The position numbers were made by a program, and so were the translations under genes. The notes beneath the pieces are model-generated. The model searched no databases. It was not told the DNA's origin and was given only the letters and a program-made list of their open reading frames with translations. Positions 9,161-19,155 of a stretch of 46,070 nucleotides of DNA are shown here, piece by piece (the first letter of the stretch is position 1; every line of letters begins with the position of its first letter). The DNA comes from an uncultured Clostridia bacterium (GTDB lineage: Bacteria > Bacillota > Clostridia > Oscillospirales > Ruminococcaceae). The DNA lies in NCBI GenBank assembly GCA_947625455.1, contig CANQOJ010000001.1, positions 1 to 46,070 of the forward strand. The letters run 5' to 3'.

Positions 9161-10778
9161 TTGATGAATTGTTCAGAGTATTTAGTTGATTTTCTAATAA
9201 ATCACGGTGTTACCGATGTATTCGGCTATGCAGGCGGATATATTGTTCCGTTTATGGACGCTCTTTATCTGCGCAATGATGAAATAAAGACACACGTCTG
9301 CTATAACGAGCAGGGCTGCGCTCTTGCGGCTGACGGATATGCAAGGACAAGCGGTAAAATAGGAGTTTATTTTACAACCTCAGGTCCCGGTGCTGTAAAC
9401 GGGCTTGGCGGTCTTGCAGACGCTTGGTTTGACGGATTTCCTGTTATGGGTATTTGCGGAAATGTTCCTACAAATGAAATGAAGGGGTTTTCGGGAATCA
9501 GGCAAAATGGTTTTCAAGAGATGGATATTGTTTCCATGACAAGAAACATCACAAAATATTCTGTAACAGCGAACAGCAGCGAGGGCTTTCAGGACGTTGT
9601 AAGCCGTGCGTATAACATGGCATTGCTTGGAAGAAAGGGAGGTGTGATAATTGATTTTCCGCTCGACATACAGCAAGCCGATATTGCTTGCGGGTAACGG
9701 CGTGAGAAGCGCCGGAGATGAAGCGGTAAATATGCTTCACGAGTTTGCAAGAAAAACAAATATCCCTGTCCTAACGACAATGAACGGTGTTGACCTCGCT
9801 CAGGACGATTTACATATAGGCTTTATAGGAACACATGGAAACCGCATTGCAAATATGATTTTAAACGAGTGTGATTTTGTTGTGTCAATCGGCGCGCGTC
9901 TCGGAATTCGTCAGGTAGGCAGAACCGCAAAAAAGTTCGCACCCAAAGCGGATCTGGTGCGGTGCGATATTGACGAATACGAACTCAGCCGTGATATAAA
10001 ACCGAACGAGAAAAAATATCACACGGACGCGCGCGACTTTTTGAGAAAGATTTTAAACGAAGATGTCGGAGATTATTCCGCTTGGCGAAATCAATGCCTT
10101 GAAGCAAAAAAGATTTTGTCAGAACATGACTTACAGCCCGGAAACAGGGCAATTGAGAAGATAGCATCTTTTCTTCCCGAAAGCCCAATTGTAGCAGTAG
10201 ATGTAGGTATGAATCAGTGCTGGTGTGCGCAGTCTTTAGTACTGAAAGGCAATAACGGTCGTATTCATCTCAGCGGCGGATACGGAACAATGGGCTGCGG
10301 TTTGCCTTACGCGATAGGTTCCTGCATAGCTGCAGATAAAAAGCCCGTTTATTGTATTACAGGCGACGGTGGATTTCAGATGAACATTCAGGAACTTGAA
10401 ACAGTAAAGCGCGAAAATCTGCCAATTAAGATATTTATTCTTAATAACCGAGTACTTGGGAAGATAAGTGAAACCCAACATTTCGACCTTTGCGACCGCT
10501 TTGCTAATACGGCAATATCCGGCGGATATACCGTTCCTAATTTTTGCGCAATATCCGAAGCATACGGAATTCGCGCAGCAAAGCTTGGTTCGTATGATGA
10601 ACTTAATAACTTCAAGGAGTGGTTTACGGACAACAGTCCCTGTCTCTTTGATATATCGCTTCCGGAAAACAGTTTTCTTACTCCGAAGATTGAGTTTGAA
10701 AGTCAGAGCATCAGACCGGAGATTGATGAAAAAATTATAAGTTATGTAAAAAAAATTTTAAGACAGAATTCAAAGTGA
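9161..10778 (+). pseudogene. Acetolactate-synthase-like ThDP-dependent enzyme, split into ORFs 9161-9697 and 9651-10778
   Basis: N-terminal PYR domain (NEQGC, TTSGPG, GFQEMDI) and a central/PP domain with GDGGFQMNIQEL...NN. The frame switches at about 9672-9690 and the inter-domain linker is missing. Confidence 0.85.
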
Positions 10779-11143
10779 ATCTTATTAGAAATAAAGAATA
10801 TTTGTAAGATATAAAATCTATTTACGATATTAATCAATTAGACAAGAATTATTTACGATATATTGACTGCAACAAGTTGCGCATAGGTTACGTCTAGAGA
10901 AAATGTTCTGTTAGGCATACAAATAGATGTCAGTCTGGGACAAGTAAAACAATTCAAGTGACGAAAGGAAGATGGATCAGCAGATGGTCAAAAATTATGG
11001 AGATGTTCTGGCATTTGTCAGCGCGACTTTACCATTGAAAATACATGAAGAAATTTGTCGAATGCCGCAGTCACTAAAAACAGTAGAATAACGCTCGGAA
11101 ATTAAAAAAAGCTATATAAAATTCGCTCTTAAATCAACAAAAC

Positions 11144-11173
11144 ACCCTCTCCAAAACATTGCTTGGAGAGGGT
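11144..11173 (-). terminator. Intrinsic terminator hairpin
   Basis: ACCCTCTCCAA (11144-11154) pairs with TTGGAGAGGGT (11163-11173); U-rich tail on the - strand, downstream of 11222-11764. Confidence 0.75.
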
Positions 11174-11221
11174 ATTCATGTTAATCGTCAAACATCCGAA
11201 ACATCAATTCAATTGTAATTG

Positions 11222-11764
11222 TCATATTCGCGTGATGATTGTTTTATTCTTCTTTGCGATAAGATAAGCGTCCTTAAATGCAGCAGCTGAGTTTTTATCA
11301 AACCGAACCGGAAATGTCGACACCAGTCCGTCAGAAATAATAACATCCCGAAACGGAAGCAATGCCGTATTTACGATTATCGGTGTTGGTATGCCTGAAA
11401 ACATTTCTTCCCAACTGCTAGTAATACCTTTCACCAAATATATAAAATTATTATCGGAAGAAATGAAAATTGAACCTTTTTTCAGATGGCGCTCGATGAT
11501 AAACGTTCCCGGAATGCATCTTTTCCAGCTTAACATAATTTCTTTCTGTTCTTTCGGCAATACGGTTTCTAAAAGATAATCATCTATGATGTTAGTGCGT
11601 TCCCATAAAAATTGTGCCACCTCTGCCGCATCTTCGGTATTAATACTTTCTCCCATGAAATGAACAGGTTTCGCCGTAACATGGTACTTCTTGTTCACAT
11701 AATCGAGAAGCGGCAGAAACATCTGAAAAAATAAACCGGCTTCTTCAGGTTGCAGTCTCATCAT
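11222..11764 (-). CDS. Hypothetical protein (180 aa)
   Basis: GGAGG RBS before ATG at 11764; globular composition; no motif recognised. Confidence 0.7.
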   Translation of the reverse strand: MMRLQPEEAGLFFQMFLPLLDYVNKKYHVTAKPVHFMGESINTEDAAEVAQFLWERTNIIDDYLLETVLPKEQKEIMLSWKRCIPGTFIIERHLKKGSIFISSDNNFIYLVKGITSSWEEMFSGIPTPIIVNTALLPFRDVIISDGLVSTFPVRFDKNSAAAFKDAYLIAKKNKTIITRI

Positions 11765-11850
11765 TTTTCCTCCAGCGGAAAAGATATTATGCTGTATGTA
11801 CAAGTGCAACGCAAAATAAAATCAAGTGAGCGCACCGTACCCACAATCAA

Positions 11851-12657
11851 TTATCCCTTACGTCCCTTTTTCTTCCTCAACTCCTTATTCACCCAATCAA
11901 AATACCCCGGAGTTTGCCTGAATAAGAAGTAATTTTCCTCAACCTCAGCTAATATTTCCTCGGCAGTTCCCAGTTCATAGCTATTCAAATCCATGTCGGA
12001 AATGACCATTTTAAACATGTTTTCGTTTCTCAAAAAATGAACAATATCTTTGAATTCTTTATTGCTTTGCCTCAGTTGTTCAAGATACTTCGACGCAGTC
12101 TCCAAATCAAGCTTTTTATAGTACAATACCGACAGCGGAAACAGTACCATTGAACTGTCTTCCTCGTATTTCTCGTAAAGTTTCAACAGCGCGTCCTCGT
12201 CCTCAAAAAACGCGTAAATGTGCATAAGTGTGTATCTCAATCCAAGGTTGTCGCATTCGCACAACTCAAGCATTTCCTCACAGTTTTGCCTTGCAAGTTT
12301 CATCATGCCCAAATCTATATAGCATTTTATAAGTTCGTATCTCGCGCGCATATACGGTCTTGTCTCGGTTAAGCCCCAAAAATCGCCGACACAATCCTTA
12401 AAATAGTTGTCTTTTTCAAGTTCCGCCCGTGCAAATTCAACTATACTTTCAAATTCTTTAAGGCGCGTCAAATCGTCTTTTGACGTCAATTCTGCTTTCA
12501 TCATAAGCGCGTCAATGTTCTTCGGCTCAAGTTCAAGCGCCTTTTCAGTATACTCCAATTTCTGCTTTTTGGTGCGGGCATTATCTGCCATATCAAGATA
12601 GTCAAAAACATCAAACTCATAATCTTCATCTTCGGGAATGTTAATAATCTGAGCCAT
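11851..12657 (-). CDS. TPR-like / ST7-like helical protein
   Basis: KALELEPKNIDA TPR-like helix and FWGLTETRPYMRAR...DNLGLRY segment; GAAAGGA RBS. Confidence 0.65.
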   Translation of the reverse strand: MAQIINIPEDEDYEFDVFDYLDMADNARTKKQKLEYTEKALELEPKNIDALMMKAELTSKDDLTRLKEFESIVEFARAELEKDNYFKDCVGDFWGLTETRPYMRARYELIKCYIDLGMMKLARQNCEEMLELCECDNLGLRYTLMHIYAFFEDEDALLKLYEKYEEDSSMVLFPLSVLYYKKLDLETASKYLEQLRQSNKEFKDIVHFLRNENMFKMVISDMDLNSYELGTAEEILAEVEENYFLFRQTPGYFDWVNKELRKKKGRKG

Positions 12658-12806
12658 TTCAATATCCTTTCAGTTTTGTAATTGTAAAAACACGCACGGT
12701 ATTTTGGGGGAAGCGTGTTGCGAAATTTGATAACAATTACGTTGCTTGTTTCTTGCGCTTTGCCATAACATTACTGTTTATTTTTATCGCTCACCCACGC
12801 AATTTT

Positions 12807-12835
12807 ATTATACCAGATTTTTGATGAAAAGTCAA
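12807..12835 (-). promoter_or_regulatory. Sigma-A promoter for the TPR-like gene
   Basis: - strand TTGACT-17 bp-TATAAT with extended TG. Confidence 0.75.
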
Positions 12836-12866
12836 GTGGGGAAAGGAAAATTGTGTGATATTATGC

Positions 12867-12910
12867 AAACGGCTTTTAGTCAGCCATGAAAGCCAATCTA
12901 AAAGCCGTTT
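12867..12910 (-). terminator. Hairpin terminator downstream of rmlC
   Basis: 13-bp perfect inverted repeat AAACGGCTTTTAG / CTAAAAGCCGTTT; the inner stem extends through G-U pairs only on the - strand. Confidence 0.7.
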
Positions 12911-12990
12911 CAGTATATTATCGAAAAGACGATGCAAAACTTATGGATCCTCTACAGTGTGAAATTTGATTTTATAAAGCTGAATATCTG

Positions 12991-13587
12991 TCAGTCAGTC
13001 CAGATTCCTCCCCACTTCTGATCCTTATCACTGACAACAAGTTTCGTGCCATCTATAAGCGAATAATTTGCTACGCTTGCTGTACCGTCATATTCTCCGA
13101 CAACACCCCACTTAATACCTATTTGAGGATCATTCCATGCAATCCCGCCCTCATCATTCGGGTGATAAAAATCATCGCATTTGTAACAAAATTCAGCTGT
13201 ATCACTGAGAACAAGAAATCCGTGCGCAAAGCCTTTGGGGATGAAAAATTGCTTCTTGTTTTCCTCGCTTAACTCCATACCGAACCATTTTCCAAATGTT
13301 TCAGAGCTTTTGCGGATATCAACTGCCACGTCAAAAACCGTTCCTTTTATCACTCGCACAAGTTTTGTCTGCGGATAGTTTATTTGAAAATGAAGCCCGC
13401 GGAGAACGCCCTTGACAGAACAAGATTGGTTGTCCTGAACGAAATTGCAGTTTAATCCCGCCTCTTCCATATCCTGCTGTGAGTAAGTTTCCATAAAATA
13501 TCCGCGGTTGTCGCCGTGAACATCGGGAGTAATAATACATAATCCCTTTATTCCACCGACATTTTTTTCAACTTTGATTTGTCCCAT
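12991..13587 (-). CDS. rmlC: dTDP-4-dehydrorhamnose 3,5-epimerase
   Basis: DNRGYFMETY, VQDNQS, GVLRGLHFQ and GFAHGF motifs. Confidence 0.96.
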   Translation of the reverse strand: MGQIKVEKNVGGIKGLCIITPDVHGDNRGYFMETYSQQDMEEAGLNCNFVQDNQSCSVKGVLRGLHFQINYPQTKLVRVIKGTVFDVAVDIRKSSETFGKWFGMELSEENKKQFFIPKGFAHGFLVLSDTAEFCYKCDDFYHPNDEGGIAWNDPQIGIKWGVVGEYDGTASVANYSLIDGTKLVVSDKDQKWGGIWTD

Positions 13588-14482
13588 TTTCCTGAATCTC
13601 CTTCAAATATCTTGCAAGCGCATCTTTCCAGTCTGGTAGCGGCTGAAATCCATTTGCAATTAATTTCGATTTGTCAAGCCTTGAATTAAATGGTCGTTTT
13701 GCCTTAGAAACGCCATATTCTTTTGTAAAAACCGGAATCACTTTTGTATCTTTTCTGGCTTGCATAAATATTTCAACAGCAAAATCATACCAAGAAATAT
13801 AGCCACCTTCATTGGTTGCATGGTAAAATCCGTATTTTTCAGTTTCTGCCATATCCACTAATAAACGTGCTAAATCATATGTATATGTCGGTGTGCCAAT
13901 CTGGTCATTTACCACACGGATTTCTGGATATTTTTTCGATAATTTCAGCATAGTTCTGATGAAATTATTTCCATTCTTGCCGAACACCCATGCGATTCTG
14001 ACAATGAAATATTTATCAAGTATATTTGCAACCGCAAGTTCACCGTCAAGCTTTGATTGACCATACACATTAAGTGGTGCAAAATTTTTGTCATCGGCTT
14101 GCCATGGTTCTGAACCTTGCCCATTGAATACATAATCCGTAGAAATATATATCATTTTGCAACCAATTTTCTTGCAGATTTCTGCAATATTTCTTGTGCC
14201 GTTTACGTTGATATTCCGTATCTTTTCAAAGTTATCCGAATCTTCAGCAGCATCAACGGCAGTCCATGCTGCGCAATGAATGACAACATCCGGAGCATCT
14301 TTTTCAATTGCAGAAAATACCGCATTTTTATCCGTGATATCTAATTTTATATATTCACAATCTACAGAACATTCATCAGAAATATCACTGCCGATAACGG
14401 AATATTTTCTTGAAATGATCTCATTGACAACATCATAGCCAAGCTGTCCGCAGATGCCTGTTACAAAAAAATTCACATTCAA
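13568..14482 (-). CDS. rmlD: dTDP-4-dehydrorhamnose reductase
   Basis: GQLG, HCAAWTAVD, ISTDYVF, YGQSK and DQIGTPT motifs. Confidence 0.96.
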   Translation of the reverse strand: MNVNFFVTGICGQLGYDVVNEIISRKYSVIGSDISDECSVDCEYIKLDITDKNAVFSAIEKDAPDVVIHCAAWTAVDAAEDSDNFEKIRNINVNGTRNIAEICKKIGCKMIYISTDYVFNGQGSEPWQADDKNFAPLNVYGQSKLDGELAVANILDKYFIVRIAWVFGKNGNNFIRTMLKLSKKYPEIRVVNDQIGTPTYTYDLARLLVDMAETEKYGFYHATNEGGYISWYDFAVEIFMQARKDTKVIPVFTKEYGVSKAKRPFNSRLDKSKLIANGFQPLPDWKDALARYLKEIQENGTNQS

Positions 14483-15507
14483 ACCTCCGCACGATTACCG
14501 TACATTTTTTCATAGTAATTCTGATATTCGCCAGAGATGATTTCCTCCCACCACTCCTTATTGTCGAGATACCATTTTATTGTCTTTTTGATGCCGTCTG
14601 CAAATTTTGTTTCCGGTAGCCACCCAAGTTCATTATGAATTTTTGTCGGGTCGATCGCATAACGCATATCGTGACCTTTTCTGTCCTCAACATGAACAAT
14701 TAAATTTTCCGGCTTTCCTAATTCCTTGCAGATCAATTTCACGATGTCAATATTTTGCATTTCATTGTGACCGCCGACATTGTAAACCTCACCGATTCTG
14801 CCTTTGTGAATGATTAGGTCTATTGCACGGCAATGATCCTCAACATACAGCCAGTCACGGACATTTTTTCCTTCACCGTAAATAGGCAGCGGCTTGTCAT
14901 TCAGTGCATTAGCAATCATCAGCGGGATTAACTTTTCAGGGAAGTGATACGGTCCATAATTGTTGGAACACCTTGAAATTGTCACCGGCAAACCATATGT
15001 CCTATGATAAGCAAGCACCAATAAATCTGCACCAGCTTTAGAACTGGAATAGGGGGAACTTGTATGAATTGGTGTTTTCTCTGTAAAGAACAGATCTGGG
15101 CGGTCAAGCGGCAGATCGCCATAGACCTCATCGGTCGATACCTGATGATACCGCTGAATGCCATATTTCCGGCAAGCATCTATTAAAGTTGCCGTTCCGA
15201 TAATATTCGTTTGTAGGAAAATTTCCGGATTTTCAATACTGCGGTCAACATGGGACTCCGCTGCGAAATTCACAACAATGTCCGGATGCTCCTCTTCAAA
15301 TAATTTGTAAACCCCCTCACGGTCACAGATATCCAACTTGACAAAACGTAAATTAGAATTTTCCATGACAGGTGCAAGTGTAGACAAATTGCCTGCGTAA
15401 GTGAGCTTGTCTAAACAAATAATACGGTAATCCGGATATGTATTCAGCATATGAAAAATAAAATTTGAACCAATAAATCCAGCACCGCCAGTTACGATAA
15501 TTGTCAT
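14479..15507 (-). CDS. rmlB: dTDP-glucose 4,6-dehydratase
   Basis: TGGAGFIG, AAESHVDRS, STDEVYG and YSSSK motifs. Confidence 0.97.
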   Translation of the reverse strand: MTIIVTGGAGFIGSNFIFHMLNTYPDYRIICLDKLTYAGNLSTLAPVMENSNLRFVKLDICDREGVYKLFEEEHPDIVVNFAAESHVDRSIENPEIFLQTNIIGTATLIDACRKYGIQRYHQVSTDEVYGDLPLDRPDLFFTEKTPIHTSSPYSSSKAGADLLVLAYHRTYGLPVTISRCSNNYGPYHFPEKLIPLMIANALNDKPLPIYGEGKNVRDWLYVEDHCRAIDLIIHKGRIGEVYNVGGHNEMQNIDIVKLICKELGKPENLIVHVEDRKGHDMRYAIDPTKIHNELGWLPETKFADGIKKTIKWYLDNKEWWEEIISGEYQNYYEKMYGNRAEV

Positions 15508-15518
15508 AATTTTTCTCC

Positions 15519-16406
15519 TTAATACTTGATTTTTCCTTCCGCAACCTGTTTTAAATGCGAGCCATATGACGATTTACCATATTTTTTAGCAGACTTCATC
15601 AGTCCAGCATTATCGATCCAGCCATTAATAAAAGCAATTTCCTCTGGAGCAGAAATTTCAATGCCTTGCCGATTCTGCAACATCTGTACAAAATTTGTAG
15701 CTTCTGCAAGGCTGTCCATTGTACCGGTATCCAACCATGCAAAGCCACGCCCTAAAAGTTGAACATCAAGCGATTTTTCGCATAAATACATTTCATTTAA
15801 TGTAGTGATCTCCAATTCACCACGAGCAGAGGGTTTGACCTGATTCGCTTTTACAGAAACTCCTGCCGGATAAAAATACAGGCCTGTCACAGCGTAATTA
15901 CTTTTCGGATTTTCCGGCTTTTCCTCAATAGAAAGCACATGACCGTCCTGATTAAAATCAACAACGCCGAAACGCTCCGGATCTGGAACATAATACCCGA
16001 AAACAGTGGCACGATGATTTTTTTCTGCATTCTTTTTTGCATTGCGAAGAATTGTTCCGAAGCCATTACCATAGAAAATATTATCACCGAGCACCATAGC
16101 ACAAGCATCACCGCCGATAAATTCCTCGCCGAGAATAAATGCCTGTGCAAGCCCATCAGGGCTGGGCTGAATTTTGTAGCTCAGGTTAATTCCGTACTGT
16201 GATCCATCACCAAGCAATTTCTCAAAATTCGGTAAATCTGTAGGTGTCGAAATAATGAGAATATCCCTAATTCCAGCAAGCATAAGCGTTGATAGAGGAT
16301 AATACACCATTGGTTTATCATAAACCGGAAGCAATTGTTTTGATGTGACCATTGTTAATGGATACAGCCTTGTGCCGGAGCCTCCGGCGAGAATGATGCC
16401 TTTCAT
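15519..16406 (-). CDS. rmlA: Glucose-1-phosphate thymidylyltransferase
   Basis: [26 protein letters not shown] and SARGELEIT motifs. Confidence 0.97.
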   Translation of the reverse strand: MKGIILAGGSGTRLYPLTMVTSKQLLPVYDKPMVYYPLSTLMLAGIRDILIISTPTDLPNFEKLLGDGSQYGINLSYKIQPSPDGLAQAFILGEEFIGGDACAMVLGDNIFYGNGFGTILRNAKKNAEKNHRATVFGYYVPDPERFGVVDFNQDGHVLSIEEKPENPKSNYAVTGLYFYPAGVSVKANQVKPSARGELEITTLNEMYLCEKSLDVQLLGRGFAWLDTGTMDSLAEATNFVQMLQNRQGIEISAPEEIAFINGWIDNAGLMKSAKKYGKSSYGSHLKQVAEGKIKY

Positions 16407-16418
16407 GATACTCCTCCC

Positions 16419-16850
16419 TTACTTTTTTATTTTTTTCTTCAGATCCGTTGTTGATATACCCTGTGTATAAGGGAGGTACTCGATCTTGACACCGAGAGGT
16501 TTAAATTGTTCCTCGGTTCTTATGTAGCGTTCAGAGCCCTTCCAATCGTCACCGGAAAACAGCACATCAAAATGGAATCGTTCATATGCCAGCACCTTGT
16601 CATCTATTGTTGCAATATCCACCAATTCTGCACGGTCAACGCACTTGAGCGCATTGATGATTCGAACACGATCATTCTCATTGATTATGGGTTTCTTCAT
16701 TTTGATATTGCACACATATGTATCATCACATACGCCAACAATCAGGACATCACACATTTTCTTGCATCTTTCAAGAAGATTCAGATGTCCGACATGGAAT
16801 AAATCAAAGACACCGCAGGTATAACCTACCTTATATTTTTTTTCGTTCAT
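16419..16850 (-). CDS. tagD: Glycerol-3-phosphate cytidylyltransferase-like (TagD/Gct)
   Basis: GVFDLFHVGH (HxGH), GDDWKG and YTQGISTT motifs; GAGGTG RBS before ATG 16850. Confidence 0.85.
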   Translation of the reverse strand: MNEKKYKVGYTCGVFDLFHVGHLNLLERCKKMCDVLIVGVCDDTYVCNIKMKKPIINENDRVRIINALKCVDRAELVDIATIDDKVLAYERFHFDVLFSGDDWKGSERYIRTEEQFKPLGVKIEYLPYTQGISTTDLKKKIKK

Positions 16851-16878
16851 CAAAAACACCTCTTTCGACATATTTAAT

Positions 16879-17700
16879 TTACTTTTTATAAGCAGAATAG
16901 TCATGATGGGGAACACGCTTATCTTTCGAAGGGAGTTGCATATAATCACCGTACGCCATCCGCAGAATTGAATCGTAGTTTTTAGGAATCCACACCTCCG
17001 TATCTTCAAAAGGAACACGAATCACCTCTTCAAAATCCTTTTTCCTAAAAATATCCCTGATCCAGCAGGGCGTACCGATATACTCACTCTCCTCCCAAGT
17101 AAAGCACTTATGTTGATTAAATTTGTTGATAAAGTACTGCTTTCCAACAAGACGCGAGAATAACATATAAGGCAAATTCAGGACTTTCTTAAGGGTTGTT
17201 TTTCCAAACCACAGATTCTTAGTACAATTCATGAACACGCCTCGCTGTAACATGGGGTATTTCTTGAAGCGCTTTTTCCAGTAATCCAGGTCACTTTCTT
17301 TTCCCATTCCCTCCAGTGGGTACACATCAACGAATGTCCCAGAGGTATATTTAAAGCCATCAAACTCCAGATGATATGTATTATCCACTACTCTTGAAAT
17401 ATTATAGAAGCAATCCTTGTTCGTCTTCTGGTTATGAATCTCCAAAGGCGAAAGTTTTGCTTGATTTTTGATAAAGTAATCTACAAATTTCTCGTAGTCA
17501 CATTTCCTCATCCCGATGTCAATATCATCATCCCAGGGAATATACCCCTTATGCCGGATCGTTCCAATCAGCGTGCCAAACATAATGTAATACTGAATAT
17601 CAAGTTCCCCACAGATTTGGTCAATTCGTTTAAGTAGCTCCAGTGTCACCAGCTGGGTGTCTCTGAATGACAGCTTTTCATAATTACCGTCCATATTCAC
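16879..17700 (-). CDS. licD: LicD-family phosphotransferase
   Basis: GTLIGTIRHKGYIPWDDDIDI and YGDYMQLP motifs. Confidence 0.92.
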   Translation of the reverse strand: MNMDGNYEKLSFRDTQLVTLELLKRIDQICGELDIQYYIMFGTLIGTIRHKGYIPWDDDIDIGMRKCDYEKFVDYFIKNQAKLSPLEIHNQKTNKDCFYNISRVVDNTYHLEFDGFKYTSGTFVDVYPLEGMGKESDLDYWKKRFKKYPMLQRGVFMNCTKNLWFGKTTLKKVLNLPYMLFSRLVGKQYFINKFNQHKCFTWEESEYIGTPCWIRDIFRKKDFEEVIRVPFEDTEVWIPKNYDSILRMAYGDYMQLPSKDKRVPHHDYSAYKK

Positions 17701-19128
17701 TCATTCTCCTTTTCTCAATTTTTTAATGAAACCAATATTTTTTTCCTCCACAATGACCAGAACACAGAACAGAACCAGCGCAATTGCCCAGCGAAGCAAC
17801 CATTGGTCAATCAGTATCATAATCGAAAAATTACCCAGGATCACAACTACAGAGACAGTCACTACAGTCTTGAGGGAAATGTGGAATTCCGGCATAATCT
17901 TCTTTGCAGTAAGGATATGAAATAAAAAATACAACACATAGGTTACCAAAGTTGTATAGGCAGCCGAAACATAACCGTAGGCGTTGATGAAAAAGGCGTT
18001 CAACGAGATATTGATGACAGCTGCTACCACTGTGCTAAGCGCCATATATCCAGTTTTTTCTGTATAATACTCAACTGTTGCAGGAATCGTATACAGAAAC
18101 GAAAAGTAGCCAGCGGTGATTATGGGCAGTACGATATACTTTGCATCCGCATATTTTTCACCACCCAGAATCGTAATCAGTTCCGGACTGACCATCATCA
18201 CCAGCAATGAGAAGACAAGCATTCCTAGCATATAGTAGGTGGAATACCTTTTCACAGAATCATAATCCTTGGCATTCAGCCTGCTGTACACCCATGTGCT
18301 CCACACATTATCCAGAGAACTGTACGTCACACTGATGATCATAAAGATATTATAGGCGAAACTATAAATACCAGCAGCAGATGAACCGATCATATTCTTA
18401 ATCATGATTCTGTCGAACTGTCCCAGAATTACCTGGCTTATTCCGTGAAAGATGATTGGACTGCTGTAAACTAATCCCCATTTCAGATATTCCTTGAAAT
18501 TTCGGGGTTTTTCCTTCGTCAGATACCTTGTAGCAATCACAATAGAGAGGATCAGAGAAGGAACAACTGTTCCAATTATTCTGCCCATATATCTATTTTG
18601 GTTCAACGCCGTAACGATCAGCAAAATGGACAGAATAGTGTTCCCCACAGCATTGATACCTGATATCCACAGATAGCTGTCATACTTATAGCTCAAGCTT
18701 GCATCCGCATTGAAACAGGTGATGACAGCCGTAGAATAGCTGAACAGCACCAGCAGATTCATGCTCAGTCGATCAATCCCCAAGTATCCGGAAGCCACTG
18801 AATAGATGAGATTCGCAATCAAAAGCCATACCCCAGCACTGATCATCAGTAGCACCATGGTGACTGAAATATACTGTGAATAGGACAATTCCTCCCGCGA
18901 ATTATCACTGTCATACCGATACTTCGCACTTTTAAAGCTACTATGAATTGCAAACCCAAGGATAATAAACAGGATTGTCTCATAGGAAAGAAAAACACTG
19001 TAATCACCGAAATCCTCTGTGGATAAGAGGCGTGAGTAAATGGGAAGTGTCAAAAATGCCAAACCCTTGAACAGATAATTTCCTATTGTATAGCCGATTC
19101 CGGCTTTGATTGCTTTTGAAGAACTCAT
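17701..19128 (-). CDS. Polysaccharide flippase (Wzx)
   Basis: PIYSRLLSTEDFG, FDRIMI and AGIYSFAY motifs; multi-TM. Confidence 0.9.
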   Translation of the reverse strand: MSSSKAIKAGIGYTIGNYLFKGLAFLTLPIYSRLLSTEDFGDYSVFLSYETILFIILGFAIHSSFKSAKYRYDSDNSREELSYSQYISVTMVLLMISAGVWLLIANLIYSVASGYLGIDRLSMNLLVLFSYSTAVITCFNADASLSYKYDSYLWISGINAVGNTILSILLIVTALNQNRYMGRIIGTVVPSLILSIVIATRYLTKEKPRNFKEYLKWGLVYSSPIIFHGISQVILGQFDRIMIKNMIGSSAAGIYSFAYNIFMIISVTYSSLDNVWSTWVYSRLNAKDYDSVKRYSTYYMLGMLVFSLLVMMVSPELITILGGEKYADAKYIVLPIITAGYFSFLYTIPATVEYYTEKTGYMALSTVVAAVINISLNAFFINAYGYVSAAYTTLVTYVLYFLFHILTAKKIMPEFHISLKTVVTVSVVVILGNFSIMILIDQWLLRWAIALVLFCVLVIVEEKNIGFIKKLRKGE

Positions 19129-19155
19129 AAAACTGTAGTGTCACCTCTCAACAGC

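Noticed and set aside
7353-10778. Housekeeping hisC, ispD and ilvB annotations
   Set aside because: No other his, isp or ilv genes (no ilvN/ilvC) are nearby, the motifs are divergent, and the genes sit at the end of an EPS operon.
10972-11091. 39-codon ORF MDQQMVKNYGDVLAF... after GAAAGGA
   Set aside because: Too short, RBS spacing is tight, and no recognisable motif.
16851-17018. Extended N-terminus of the TagD ORF; likewise the longer starts listed for 11809, 22081, 32571, 40071 and 40537
   Set aside because: Most of these overlap upstream genes; the internal starts have better RBSs or match the family N-terminus.
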